A stretch of DNA of 61,583 nucleotides, the filler included, from Theionarchaea archaeon (GTDB lineage: Archaea; Methanobacteriota_B; Thermococci; Methanofastidiosales; SZ-28-30), in the NCBI GenBank assembly GCA_018992565.1. It is 2 parts of 2 records of this genome, joined end to end, with 100 filler letters (N's around TTAATTAATTAA, not from the genome) between each part and the next. Parts side by side here need not be neighbours in the genome. Positions count along the whole stretch, not along the records: positions 1 to 30,869 come from JACVGW010000023.1; 1 more part is not named here. One strand, written 5' to 3'. Shown piece by piece: positions 9,611 through 19,032 of the stretch. The notes under the pieces are model-generated. The model saw nothing but the letters and a program-made list of their open reading frames with translations, made no database searches and was not told the DNA's origin. Each line of letters begins with the position of its first letter. The stretch's first letter is position 1. A program made the translations under genes and the position numbers.

Positions 9611-10365
9611 AAAAGAGAGCTGCTTCTCAGAGGCTACGGCTGGACGAGGTTCACAAGGGCCAATTTGTTTCAGCAGAAGAAGACTTCGAACTGAATTATC
9701 TCATAACGGAAGATGCACAAAAGGTGTACCGGGCAAAGGTTGTAGCTACTGTGGTCTCAGAACCGTATATTTCAGATGACACTGCATACGGGAGAATTCA
9801 GCTTGATGATGGATTTGACACTATAACAGGATATGTGTTCAGGGAGACTACCGGTTTGCTGGAGCACATCGAATTAGGGGACATTGTTCAGGTTATTGGG
9901 AAAATAAGGGAATGGCAGGGCCAGAAACAGCTCACTCTGGAGGCTGTAGCGCGGGTTGACCCTAATCTCATACTGCTACACAGGCTGGAGATCCTAAAGG
10001 CCAAGCAAGAGCATGACAGAGTCCTGGAAAAAGCTCAACTTATCTACCACGAGGAGGGTGAGCAGGTTAGACAGGCCAAGGAAAGGGCAAAACAGGAAGG
10101 AATATCCCCAGACGTTGTGGAAGCTCTGGATGAGCTCAAGTATCTGGAGGAAAGAGAGGAGGAGCCTGACATTTCTAAGAGTGAAATCATGAAGAACAAG
10201 GTACTCTCTCTCATTGAGAAACACCCTGATGGCGTGGATATGGATACCATCCTGGCTGAATTTGCTGACATTTATACTGCAGAGGAAATTGAAGAATCCG
10301 TCAGGGATTTACTGAGCAGCGGAGAGATATTTGAACGCAGAATCAACATCTTTGTCAAGGTCTAG
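9607..10365 (+). CDS. Replication protein A middle subunit (RPA32/RPA2-like; OB fold plus C-terminal winged helix)
   Basis: RAKVVATVV..LDDG..VQVIGKIREW; C-terminal LLSSGEIFE winged-helix motif; ATGA coupling. Confidence 0.87.
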   Translation: MKKRAASQRLRLDEVHKGQFVSAEEDFELNYLITEDAQKVYRAKVVATVVSEPYISDDTAYGRIQLDDGFDTITGYVFRETTGLLEHIELGDIVQVIGKIREWQGQKQLTLEAVARVDPNLILLHRLEILKAKQEHDRVLEKAQLIYHEEGEQVRQAKERAKQEGISPDVVEALDELKYLEEREEEPDISKSEIMKNKVLSLIEKHPDGVDMDTILAEFADIYTAEEIEESVRDLLSSGEIFERRINIFVKV

Positions 10366-11024
10366 TAGTCCAGTACTCTCTTGATTCTTCTGAAAAATCC
10401 GAGCAGTATGGTAGCTTCTCTCTGGGTAAGGAATGCTTTAGAAAAGACTCTCTTGAGGACAATCTCCCAGATTCTCTTTCTATGGGATCTTCTCTCTATG
10501 AGGTCAGATATGGTTCTGCACTCAGCCAAGATCCTCTCTTTCATTTCATTGGAGCAAGATTCACCCCCCTGATAGGTGCTCTGATAGAATTCATACAGGA
10601 TGATACAGCAGGCAACAGCGGCATTGAGTACAGGATACTCCTGTGACGTTGAGATGGACATGACAAGATCACAGTGTTCAATCTCTTCTGCAGTCAGCCC
10701 TCTGCTTTCCCTCCCGATGACGATACCGATATGTCCTGTGCCCACAGCACTTACATCAGAAGGAGACAGCGATGTCCGGGCCAATCCCGAGGCTACAGCA
10801 GTAGTGGCAACGGAGGTATCCACCATGGCAAGGGCACGATCCAGAGTGTCCACAATGACAGCTTCTTTCAAGACATCTTCACCGTGAAGGGCCATTTTCT
10901 CTGCTCCTTCAAGGGGACATGGATTAACCAGTATCAGCTGACGTGCTCCGAAATTCTTCATGCATCGAGCAATACTTCCCACATTTCCTGCTGATTCCGG
11001 TTCCACAAAGATTACAGAAATCAT
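10362..11024 (-). CDS. trmJ: TrmJ/LasT-family SPOUT RNA methyltransferase
   Basis: VEPESAGNVGSIARCMKNFG, GRESRGL, YPVLNAAVA. Confidence 0.88.
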   Translation of the reverse strand: MISVIFVEPESAGNVGSIARCMKNFGARQLILVNPCPLEGAEKMALHGEDVLKEAVIVDTLDRALAMVDTSVATTAVASGLARTSLSPSDVSAVGTGHIGIVIGRESRGLTAEEIEHCDLVMSISTSQEYPVLNAAVACCIILYEFYQSTYQGGESCSNEMKERILAECRTISDLIERRSHRKRIWEIVLKRVFSKAFLTQREATILLGFFRRIKRVLDY

Positions 11025-11165
11025 CAAGAAAGAAGTGCAGTGTTCACATATAACTGTGGTGGTTATTGATACTGATCCACTTGAGAATTACTGCTGAATG
11101 AAGTCAACCACAAAAGAAAGAAAATGAAGATGATATCAGCAGCCTTTTCAAGAGCAGGAGACACT

Positions 11166-11666
11166 CTAGTTTTCCATGCCTGTTTCCAGCTTCTTGATTT
11201 GCTCTTCCAGGCTCCTGACCAATGAGGAATTGTCAACATAGGAGAGCTTACCATTACATCCAGGGCACCGGAAATCGTTTTCTGATGCCACATCAAAAAT
11301 GACCTTCTCACATCCATTATCGCAGGAGAAGAACATGTTATTTCGTTCGTGTTCCAGCCGTTCCATAAGTTTTTGAAGGTATTCTCTCTCCAGGCTCCTC
11401 ATGACCTCCGAAGCCTTGTTTAGATCCATCTTCCAGTAATAGATATACCAGCCGGTTTTCTTGTCTCTGGTTCTTCTGTAGGAGGCGAGGCGATTATCAT
11501 AAAGTCGGTATAGTACCTTCCTCACAGTGTTTACACGGATATTAGTCTCCTTTGCAATTTCCTCATCTGTATATTCATTGTCGTAGATCGTGGAGGCAAC
11601 TTCAACTCCACCTTCACCTAGTAATCCCTCAAGGAATTCGAAGATAACTGTACTCACGTCTTTCAT
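11166..11666 (-). CDS. tfe: Transcription factor E alpha subunit
   Basis: TDEEIA..NTVRKVLYRLY, RTRDKKTGWYIYYW, C-terminal CPGC zinc ribbon; the start could lie upstream, up to 11699. Confidence 0.95.
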   Translation of the reverse strand: MKDVSTVIFEFLEGLLGEGGVEVASTIYDNEYTDEEIAKETNIRVNTVRKVLYRLYDNRLASYRRTRDKKTGWYIYYWKMDLNKASEVMRSLEREYLQKLMERLEHERNNMFFSCDNGCEKVIFDVASENDFRCPGCNGKLSYVDNSSLVRSLEEQIKKLETGMEN

Positions 11667-11707
11667 GCTATTCACCGTTTCACTTGCATATACATGCAAG
11701 TCTAGGT

Positions 11708-12241
11708 TTAAATAATTTTTGCTTTTCTTTGTTGGTTAACAACATCGTTGATCAATTTCTCTTTTTTACTGGGAGTTATCCTCAGGTTGCCGCAAAATTC
11801 TCTGTTTAGTTGAGTTCCTTGGAAATATCTGTCCAGAAAAAGAGCCAGAGCAGCCACCTCAGAATGAGGCTGGTTGGTGACTGAGATATTGGAGTCTGCC
11901 ATGTCATAGACTTCCCGGGGCACTTTCTCTGCACCCACCACCACCAGGATGTCTCTATGTGTCCTGATTGCAGAGATTTTTTCTTCCAGAGGAAGACCGT
12001 ACATGGTCAAGTGGACAATGAGTCCTTCCCAGGTGCTGAGGACTTTTCTCCAGGGCTGAAAGGATACTGAAAAAGTGCCACCCCACCTGTCTGAGACTCT
12101 GGCAATAGTCTCCTGCAGTGTGAGGTCCTTCCTGTCCACAATGACAGTGTCAGCGCCAAATGCTCTGGCTACCAAACAGACATGGGTGGTAATTCGCTTG
12201 TCTCGCTGTGGCCTATGACCTATCCGCAGCACTGTTATCAT
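11708..12241 (-). CDS. trm56: tRNA (cytidine(56)-2'-O)-methyltransferase
   Basis: LRIGHRPQRDKRITTHVCLVARAFGA, VHLTMYG, VGAEKVP, NQPHSEVAAL. Confidence 0.95.
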   Translation of the reverse strand: MITVLRIGHRPQRDKRITTHVCLVARAFGADTVIVDRKDLTLQETIARVSDRWGGTFSVSFQPWRKVLSTWEGLIVHLTMYGLPLEEKISAIRTHRDILVVVGAEKVPREVYDMADSNISVTNQPHSEVAALALFLDRYFQGTQLNREFCGNLRITPSKKEKLINDVVNQQRKAKII

Positions 12242-12302
12242 TATTATTCAATGGAAAGCACCTATTTTAACTCTTCCTTCTGGAGTGTTTCTCGTGAGGG
12301 GA

Positions 12303-13160
12303 CTAGCCCTTTCTCAACCTGGCCACAAAGAATCCGTTGGTATTATTATGAAAAGGATAGATGCGCATTGTCTTTTCAATATCAGAATCAAACGTGTTGT
12401 GCTTCCAGTAACGCAGCCCCGGGCTGGATGTGAGGTTCTTAACGGAAATCTTCTCCAGGACTGCATCCCCCCTGGTCAAAATCCAGTCGATCACTCCTTC
12501 ATTTTCCTCTGGTGCAAAGGTACAGGTACTATACACCAGGATTCCCCCCTCTTCAAGAAGCTCCAATCCATGAAGGACCAGCTGTTTTTGAAGGGCCGCT
12601 AACCGGGTAATCCGCTTGACACTCCACATCTTCACCACTTTGTGGATTTTTCCTACCATTCCCTCGCCGCTGCAAGGTGCATCCACAAGCACCCTGTCGA
12701 CCTTCCCTTCCGGAATGAGCCTTCTCCCGTCTGCCCGTAGTACCCTGCAATTTGTGATGCCAAACCGCCTCACATTGTGACGCAGCCTGCGAATCCTTCC
12801 TCCATGAATGTCACTGGCAATAACCTGTGCAGCCCTTTGCGCGATATGGAGGGTCTTGGAGCCAGGAGCTGCGCACATATCCAGTACAGTGTGATCACTG
12901 GTAACATCCAGAGCAAGAACAGGGACCAATGATCCTGCGTCCTGTACAAAGACTGAGTTAAAAAACTTCTCCTGGATTTCTGTACTGTGATCTGTGAAAT
13001 ATAGATGGTCTGCCCAGGGAACAGGGTGTATATCAAACTCATTCCTGATCTCTTGCTCGTCCTTGAATATATACACTGCTTTCTTTGGATGCTTCTCATA
13101 TATCGAGTAATCAAGTCCCAGTTCCTGCAGCCGATCCAGAAAAACGGGAGGAAGTATCAT
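12303..13160 (-). CDS. RsmB/NOP2/Sun-family RNA m5C methyltransferase
   Basis: LDMCAAPGSKT, DAPCSGEG, YSTCT..EENE. Confidence 0.92.
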   Translation of the reverse strand: MILPPVFLDRLQELGLDYSIYEKHPKKAVYIFKDEQEIRNEFDIHPVPWADHLYFTDHSTEIQEKFFNSVFVQDAGSLVPVLALDVTSDHTVLDMCAAPGSKTLHIAQRAAQVIASDIHGGRIRRLRHNVRRFGITNCRVLRADGRRLIPEGKVDRVLVDAPCSGEGMVGKIHKVVKMWSVKRITRLAALQKQLVLHGLELLEEGGILVYSTCTFAPEENEGVIDWILTRGDAVLEKISVKNLTSSPGLRYWKHNTFDSDIEKTMRIYPFHNNTNGFFVARLRKG

Positions 13161-13237
13161 GTATCTCTTCTTTTACGGTGGGTTAAAAATCTTGTTCTTT
13201 TTTCCACCTTGTTCTTCTACTGTCGTTGATACTGATA

Positions 13238-13254
13238 ACCGAAACCTTTATATA
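13238..13254 (+). promoter_or_regulatory. BRE/TATA promoter
   Basis: ACCGAAACCTTTATATA upstream of the 13305 gene. Confidence 0.7.
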
Positions 13255-13304
13255 CTATTGCTAATCAATATGTTACTACCAGACGAACCAAAAAATTATA
13301 GGAG

Positions 13305-14141
13305 GTGGTTAGCCTGAAACAACTAGGAGCATTATGCGTACTCTGTGTGCTCAGCCTTCAGATCCTCTCTTTTGGCGGAGCCGAGATGGCGGCTGGGTCA
13401 GCCCAACAGCTGCCACTGCTGCTGAGACCAAACCTTAGATTGGACCCCGGGTCTGTAGTCCTTGTGGGACGCGAGGCACATCCACAGGATGTTGTTGCCT
13501 CTGCCTTCGTTAAGCTTGGACTCCAGTCATGGATCAATGATAGTACTACGAGAATCACATTCAAACGCCCCGATCTCAAGTTGAATTTCCTGGGCGTCAA
13601 TCCAATGGCACTGAACTCACTGGGGATGTGCACTCTTGATATGGAGAATATGCAGGAATCAGATGAAGGTATTCTTCTGGTCTCAGTGGGTGGCCCAGAC
13701 GTGAACATGATTACCAGAAAAATAAACCTGGAACTACCCCTGAAACTGGTAAAAGATCACCAAAACGACATGTGGACAATTACCTCTTTTGTTGAGGGAG
13801 AGCCCACGCAGTACGTCGGAGATGAATATGGTATTATCGCATTCTTGCCCAATCAACCATGTCTCAATGGAGAAACGTTAGAAGACGTAATTAATGGTAA
13901 CAAGCAGCTCGGAACTCTCGTGGTAGCAGGAAATGGCAGAGAAGGTACTCTGGCAGCTTCTATCTACCTGAGAGACATTCTCAATGGAACGCATCTCAAG
14001 GGGAGATGGATCTCACGGGAACTGGACAAAGTGCTCATCTGGATGGTTTCCGGAGAAAAGCAAGACCTCCATCCTGTTGTGGTGATCGTTAAGTATACAG
14101 GAGAAGATACTGCAGAATTTGTAGACATCTTCTTCTTTTAA
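13305..14141 (+). CDS. Secreted protein resembling the Thermococcales/Methanococcales S-layer N/C-terminal domain
   Basis: Signal peptide; VLVGREAHPQDVVASA, LVSVGGPDVN, VVAGNGREGTLAA motifs; AGGAG RBS. Confidence 0.6.
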   Translation: MVSLKQLGALCVLCVLSLQILSFGGAEMAAGSAQQLPLLLRPNLRLDPGSVVLVGREAHPQDVVASAFVKLGLQSWINDSTTRITFKRPDLKLNFLGVNPMALNSLGMCTLDMENMQESDEGILLVSVGGPDVNMITRKINLELPLKLVKDHQNDMWTITSFVEGEPTQYVGDEYGIIAFLPNQPCLNGETLEDVINGNKQLGTLVVAGNGREGTLAASIYLRDILNGTHLKGRWISRELDKVLIWMVSGEKQDLHPVVVIVKYTGEDTAEFVDIFFF

Positions 14142-14174
14142 TTTTTTTCTTTTTGCCTTTTCTGACCTATCTTC

Positions 14175-14696
14175 TTACTGATGGTTCACCTTCTTCAGGG
14201 TCTTGATCAATGGATTGGCCAGAACGTAGAAGATGATGGCATTGCTACCCAGGTGGATCCATCCAAAAGGATAGTATGCAGGAGGTACAAATAGTCCATA
14301 CTGCTGAAAAAGTGCCATCTTAACAGAATAGCCAAAAAGCAGTGACATGCTGGTTACCACGGTGAACACGTCAAACAGAATGGTGGCCGCTACGGCAATC
14401 AACCCGTAGGAGAGAGAACCTGTAAGCAATGGTTTTGCTGCCCATACAAAGCACGCAACCATCACAAACCCCATTGAAACAAAAATGGTCCACGGGCCGA
14501 ACCCAATATACAAGTCAGCTACCATGTTTCCCAGAAATGCTACCATGACGCCCACTTTCAGTCCATAGACCAGCACGACTACGGCTATCCATAGAGTTAC
14601 CATCTCAACGTTGGGTATGGAGGCCAGGACAATCTTGATTGCTGCTCCTAATCCAACGAAAATAGCTGTCTTTGCTAGAACTTCTCCAGTCTCCAT
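14175..14696 (-). CDS. ECF transporter S component (CbrT-like, possibly cobalamin)
   Basis: About six TM helices; IPNVE motif, GFGPWT, HLGSN. Confidence 0.8.
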   Translation of the reverse strand: METGEVLAKTAIFVGLGAAIKIVLASIPNVEMVTLWIAVVVLVYGLKVGVMVAFLGNMVADLYIGFGPWTIFVSMGFVMVACFVWAAKPLLTGSLSYGLIAVAATILFDVFTVVTSMSLLFGYSVKMALFQQYGLFVPPAYYPFGWIHLGSNAIIFYVLANPLIKTLKKVNHQ

Positions 14697-15061
14697 ACAA
14701 TTTCGTCTCCTTCCTGTACCGTATAATCTGCTGCTCCCACCTGTGCTGGCTCTCCATTGATATAGTACATCCAGTAGATGTTGTCAGAAGGATTCTGGGA
14801 TACTCCATTTACAGAGATGACAAATCCTCCCTCCTCTTCATAGGCGATGTCACATGCAGTCAGAGCGTCAAACACGTTGCTCCCCGGGGTGATTCTCCCC
14901 GGGTATTCAGTGAGAGATCCTTCCTCCAAGAGTGTAGTGTCAACTACCACCAAATATGTAATCTGAGATTCTCCAGGCCCCTTTTCCTCCCCACTCTGAC
15001 CGATACACAGGCACGATACAGCAACCACAACGAGTACTGCATGTATCAGCTTTCTATTCAT
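14675..15061 (-). CDS. DUF4430/transcobalamin C-terminal-like lipoprotein
   Basis: Lipobox-like SCLCIG; GFVISVNGV, YWMYYING, VGAADY..GDEIVW; TTTATATG box about 22 nt upstream. Confidence 0.82.
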   Translation of the reverse strand: MNRKLIHAVLVVVAVSCLCIGQSGEEKGPGESQITYLVVVDTTLLEEGSLTEYPGRITPGSNVFDALTACDIAYEEEGGFVISVNGVSQNPSDNIYWMYYINGEPAQVGAADYTVQEGDEIVWRLEKF

Positions 15062-15134
15062 ATGGATGGATTGACCATCCAACATATAAATCTTTGGGTT
15101 ACACAACCATGCAGGCGTGATACCGACATCAAGA

Positions 15135-16373
15135 CTACTGGTGAGAAATCTGGCAAGTCTCTCTACAGAGGGGGACTGTCGTACTTGCTTCAGGAAGAAA
15201 GAGAATTTCCCCTCCCACCTGGCGGACTGCATCATCCACTGCTTCCTGCACGGAATGATACGGAGTCATGAAGGCATTCCTGATGATGTCGTCCTCCAGA
15301 TCAGTCACAGCCCAGATATGGGCTCTAGTCGCCAATTCGGCGATCTTTCCCGCTTTGTGATATCCAAGTTTGTATTCCCGTGTTAGAACGTCCAGGGTTT
15401 CTCCGGGAGTCTCACTCTCCTTCAATAAGTTGTAGAATTTGTCAGGCCCTATTCCATCCCTGCATTGGGCCACCAGAATGAGAATTCCTTCATCATTCAG
15501 GGCTAATTTTCCATTTTCTATGGCCTTCTGGGCCTGGTACAAGTTCCCATCAAGTGGGTATGAAGCAGCAGCCAGGACGATATTGTACTTCCCGGTGGGC
15601 ACACAGTACACGTTTTCTGCCCATTGTGCTGCCTGGTAAAAGCTGCCGAAAATATTCCCTGAACTGCAGGCATATATACGTCGATTCTTATCCAGAACAG
15701 TATTTATTGAGAAAATATTGTTCTTTAACAGATTTACAGCCTCTTCCATCCCTTCATGAACTGGGTTCCCCTTAAGGGCTAAATTCCTGGCCTCCTTTTT
15801 CATGGCAAATGCATGATTCTGCTCGATTGTCCTGTATGATGCAAGTCCTGGCAAGAAAGACTTCCTGCCACCGGTGAACCCCGCAAAATAGTGGGGCTCC
15901 ACTGAAGTAATGGTCACCACATTGTCAAATCGGGTTAGTATTTCATCAAAATATACCTCGGTTCCCTGGGATGTAGTTCCGTAATAGGTGTGGGGATGGT
16001 CCAGTGCTTTGTGGATGTGAATTCTATCTCGTAAATCAGACAGATGGCGTCCAAATATGTAGACCAATTCCTCTTCTGTGGGTGGAGGATGGGATCCTGT
16101 GGCGACTTCAACCTCGAATTCATCATGAGGGATTCGCTCCAGGAGCGAGTCCAGCACTGCTGGTGTGGGAGTGGGTCTCTGAGCGTCGTTGACTACCAGG
16201 AGAAATTTATCATCTGTGAAAAAAGAAAGAGGGTTGGAATTTACGGGGTAATCCAGCGATTCCCGTAAAACGGTTGTCTGATTACGTTCTTCCACGCTGT
16301 TTGGTGAAGCAATGACAACCGAATCTGCTTCAATTTCCTTGAAGCCCTTTCCATAATTGACTCTTACTCTCAT
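15135..16373 (-). CDS. larA: Nickel-dependent lactate racemase family protein (LarA)
   Basis: VNDAQRPTP, ATGSH, PHYFAGFTGGRKS.LPG, NLYQAQK. Confidence 0.88.
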   Translation of the reverse strand: MRVRVNYGKGFKEIEADSVVIASPNSVEERNQTTVLRESLDYPVNSNPLSFFTDDKFLLVVNDAQRPTPTPAVLDSLLERIPHDEFEVEVATGSHPPPTEEELVYIFGRHLSDLRDRIHIHKALDHPHTYYGTTSQGTEVYFDEILTRFDNVVTITSVEPHYFAGFTGGRKSFLPGLASYRTIEQNHAFAMKKEARNLALKGNPVHEGMEEAVNLLKNNIFSINTVLDKNRRIYACSSGNIFGSFYQAAQWAENVYCVPTGKYNIVLAAASYPLDGNLYQAQKAIENGKLALNDEGILILVAQCRDGIGPDKFYNLLKESETPGETLDVLTREYKLGYHKAGKIAELATRAHIWAVTDLEDDIIRNAFMTPYHSVQEAVDDAVRQVGGEILFLPEASTTVPLCRETCQISHQ

Positions 16374-16798
16374 GTTGCTGGCTGCCCCTCTTGGGTTTGA
16401 ATCCGGATGGGCAAGGGACTGGGGAGGTTCAACTCACGAGCCAAGTTCATCATTACCAGAAATGCGTGGTGGGTCATTCTGTAAATAATTTCTTTCCCCA
16501 TTTCCGGATGAATTTGTCTGTTCTCCTTCCAGGTGTCCAGGAGTTGCTTTCTGACGTTTTCCGCTTCCTGGAACATGATGGTTCCAGTGACCTTAATGTC
16601 ACCCACGGGAGGATCATAATTAACAGCATATTCAAACTGAATCTCGAGAATGTTGGCCTTGCCAGTAGGCCCGGGAATTTGGACTTCCTGCATCTGCAGG
16701 ATACGGGGGTTTGGCGAGATCCTCATCTGTCCCTCAAGTTTGACGTTTTCTTTTCTTTCAGCTTCTAGTTTATCCATTCTGATTCCAATTACCGGCAT
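16370..16798 (-). CDS. Conserved archaeal hypothetical protein
   Basis: MPVIG..KLEAER N-terminus, ELNLPSPLP C-terminus; GAGGTG RBS; coupled to larA. Confidence 0.7.
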   Translation of the reverse strand: MPVIGIRMDKLEAERKENVKLEGQMRISPNPRILQMQEVQIPGPTGKANILEIQFEYAVNYDPPVGDIKVTGTIMFQEAENVRKQLLDTWKENRQIHPEMGKEIIYRMTHHAFLVMMNLARELNLPSPLPIRIQTQEGQPAT

Positions 16799-17090
16799 TA
16801 AAGACACCTCAGCAGCACTATCAAGAAGTAGTTTATAAAGGTTGTTGTAATTTCAGCAAGCACAACTCTGGACAATTCTTGCACACTTACTGTGGTTTTC
16901 GCAAGGCTCGTATCTCTATGAAAGGAGGAGGTCTCATGAAATTCTTCTCAACAACTTCTTCTTGATCATATATCCCACGGACTACCTTGAATGCCATCAG
17001 TTATAACACGTTCTGGCGGAGTTGAATTCAGACGAACTGACACATGTCAACGTACAAAGATTTTTATTTCTGAGATAAGAGTAAAGCCTC

Positions 17091-18209
17091 ATGAAAGTCC
17101 TTCTTCTGGGTGCAGGAATGATGGGAAGAGCACTGGCTCATGATCTCACTGGAAATGGTGTGGAAACATTCATTGCTGATGCAAATCCACAGCTGGTGGA
17201 AGCTATACGAGAGCTGACAGGGGCGGAAGGTGCTGTTCTTGATGTCACTGACAGAGATTCTGTTGTCAGACAGATGGCAGATTGCGATGTGGCTGTTTCT
17301 GCTGTTCCCTACTTCCTGAATCTTGACCTGGCATCTGCTGCAATTGAAGCAGGATGTCATTTCTGCGATTTGGGAGGAAACACTGATATTGTAACCCAGG
17401 AGCTGGCTCTACATGAGAGTGCAGAAAGAGCGGATGTCCTCATTGTCCCTGATTGTGGGTTGGCCCCTGGAATGTCCAATGTTTTGACAGCTCTGTCCAT
17501 TGAGGAATTGAATGCTTCCGAGGTTGCCATCCGTGTGGGTGGATTACCCCAGAACCCTCAGCCTCCCTTTAACTACACCCTGGTGTTCAGCGTCCACGGG
17601 CTTCTCAATGAATACATTGAGAAAGCAGTGGTAATCAGGAAAGGAGTCATACAGAAAAGAGAGTCTTTGACTGAGGTCGAAGACATAGAATTCTCTTCTT
17701 TTGGAACGCTGGAGGCTTTTCTTACTTCTGGCGGAACCAGCACGCTGGTTAACACGTTCGGGGGTCGGCTGGAAGAATTGGACTGTAAGACAATCCGGTA
17801 TCAAGGATACTGCGAGAAAATGAAGACACTGCTTGATGCAGGTTTGGGAAGTGAGGAACCTGTTTCTGTGGGGAAGTGCATGGTAAAACCCAGGGACGTC
17901 CTTGGCAGGGTACTGGAAAGAGTCCTCCCTCATCAGGATGAAGATGTCGTTCTCATGCGGATAACAGCTAGAGCGGAAACCAGAGAAATGATTCTTGAGA
18001 TGGTGGATTACTACAATCAGGAGGACGAAATGACAGCCATGGCCAGGACCACTGCGTATCCCACATCTGTCATTGCTCAGATGATGGGGAATGGGACCAT
18101 CACCGCGAGAGGTGCTCTGCCCCCCGAGAAGACTGTCCCTGGAAGACCGTTCATAGAAGAACTCAAAAAGAGAGATATCATCATAAGAGAAATTAAGAAT
18201 CCTCTATGA
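17091..18209 (+). CDS. Saccharopine dehydrogenase family / lysine 6-dehydrogenase
   Basis: Rossmann LLGAGMMG, DLGGN, DCGLAPG, VGGLPQ.P.PP, AMARTTAY. Confidence 0.88.
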   Translation: MKVLLLGAGMMGRALAHDLTGNGVETFIADANPQLVEAIRELTGAEGAVLDVTDRDSVVRQMADCDVAVSAVPYFLNLDLASAAIEAGCHFCDLGGNTDIVTQELALHESAERADVLIVPDCGLAPGMSNVLTALSIEELNASEVAIRVGGLPQNPQPPFNYTLVFSVHGLLNEYIEKAVVIRKGVIQKRESLTEVEDIEFSSFGTLEAFLTSGGTSTLVNTFGGRLEELDCKTIRYQGYCEKMKTLLDAGLGSEEPVSVGKCMVKPRDVLGRVLERVLPHQDEDVVLMRITARAETREMILEMVDYYNQEDEMTAMARTTAYPTSVIAQMMGNGTITARGALPPEKTVPGRPFIEELKKRDIIIREIKNPL

Positions 18210-18290
18210 TCTCCTCACCAAACGCTCTGGCCACCAAAATGACGCGGAGGGTACTTCGCTTGTCTCGATGTGCCCTGTGATCTTTGGGTA

Positions 18291-18980
18291 TTATATGTCC
18301 CTGTCAGTGGATGTGATACTGTCGCTAGAGAAGTGTCTTACTTCATTTTCGAAGTCTTTCAAATTGGTTACCAAAGGCAGATCGATTTCTTCAGGATTCT
18401 TCTTCTCGTGCGTCAGCCTTCTCAGGTAGAAGGCGTGGACTCCCAGTGAGGAGGGGACCTTGTAGTCGAATTTATAGTGATCACCTACATGTGCCATTTC
18501 TTCAGGGAGAATGTTCAATGTCCTGCACACTTTCCAGTAGAAATTCTCATGTTTTCTTACCTCGTTGAAATCAGACACCGCAGAGAAAATGTAGTCAAAA
18601 TAGGATTTTATTTCGGACAGAGTGAGAGAAAGAAAATCCCTGTGAGCATTGGAAGCCACAATGAGAATGTAGTCTCCGCTGAGACTCTCCAAGACTGGGA
18701 TGACATCCTCGTAGACAGCTATGTGGTGCTTGTATTTATTCAGAAGATTATGGGGCGATTCGCTCAGATCAAATCGGCGGAACCAGTAATCCAGCTGATA
18801 CCAGCGAATGTCGTCCTCTCCCACTTTCTCGTACTCCTCAAGTACAATTCTTTTGGCAGAATCCATGTCTATGCTGTGCTTGTTGGCATAAAGCTGGGGG
18901 ATTCCCTCCAGCCATACATGTTCTGTGAAGGAGGAATCCACGAGGGTTCCATCTACATCAAAAGATATAACTCGGACCAT
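18291..18980 (-). CDS. HAD-superfamily hydrolase
   Basis: FDVDGTL, ASN, HVGD...D motifs. Confidence 0.88.
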   Translation of the reverse strand: MVRVISFDVDGTLVDSSFTEHVWLEGIPQLYANKHSIDMDSAKRIVLEEYEKVGEDDIRWYQLDYWFRRFDLSESPHNLLNKYKHHIAVYEDVIPVLESLSGDYILIVASNAHRDFLSLTLSEIKSYFDYIFSAVSDFNEVRKHENFYWKVCRTLNILPEEMAHVGDHYKFDYKVPSSLGVHAFYLRRLTHEKKNPEEIDLPLVTNLKDFENEVRHFSSDSITSTDRDI

Positions 18981-19032
18981 TGGTCATGGTTCGTGTACAC
19001 CTTAAAGAAGGTTGAGGTTACACAGAAAAGAA

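Noticed and set aside
16887..16997. 36-codon minus-strand ORF (MAFKVVRGIYDQEEVV...) and an opposite 9-codon ORF behind a GGAGG
   Set aside because: The longer ORF has no RBS or suitably spaced TATA box; the other is too short to assess
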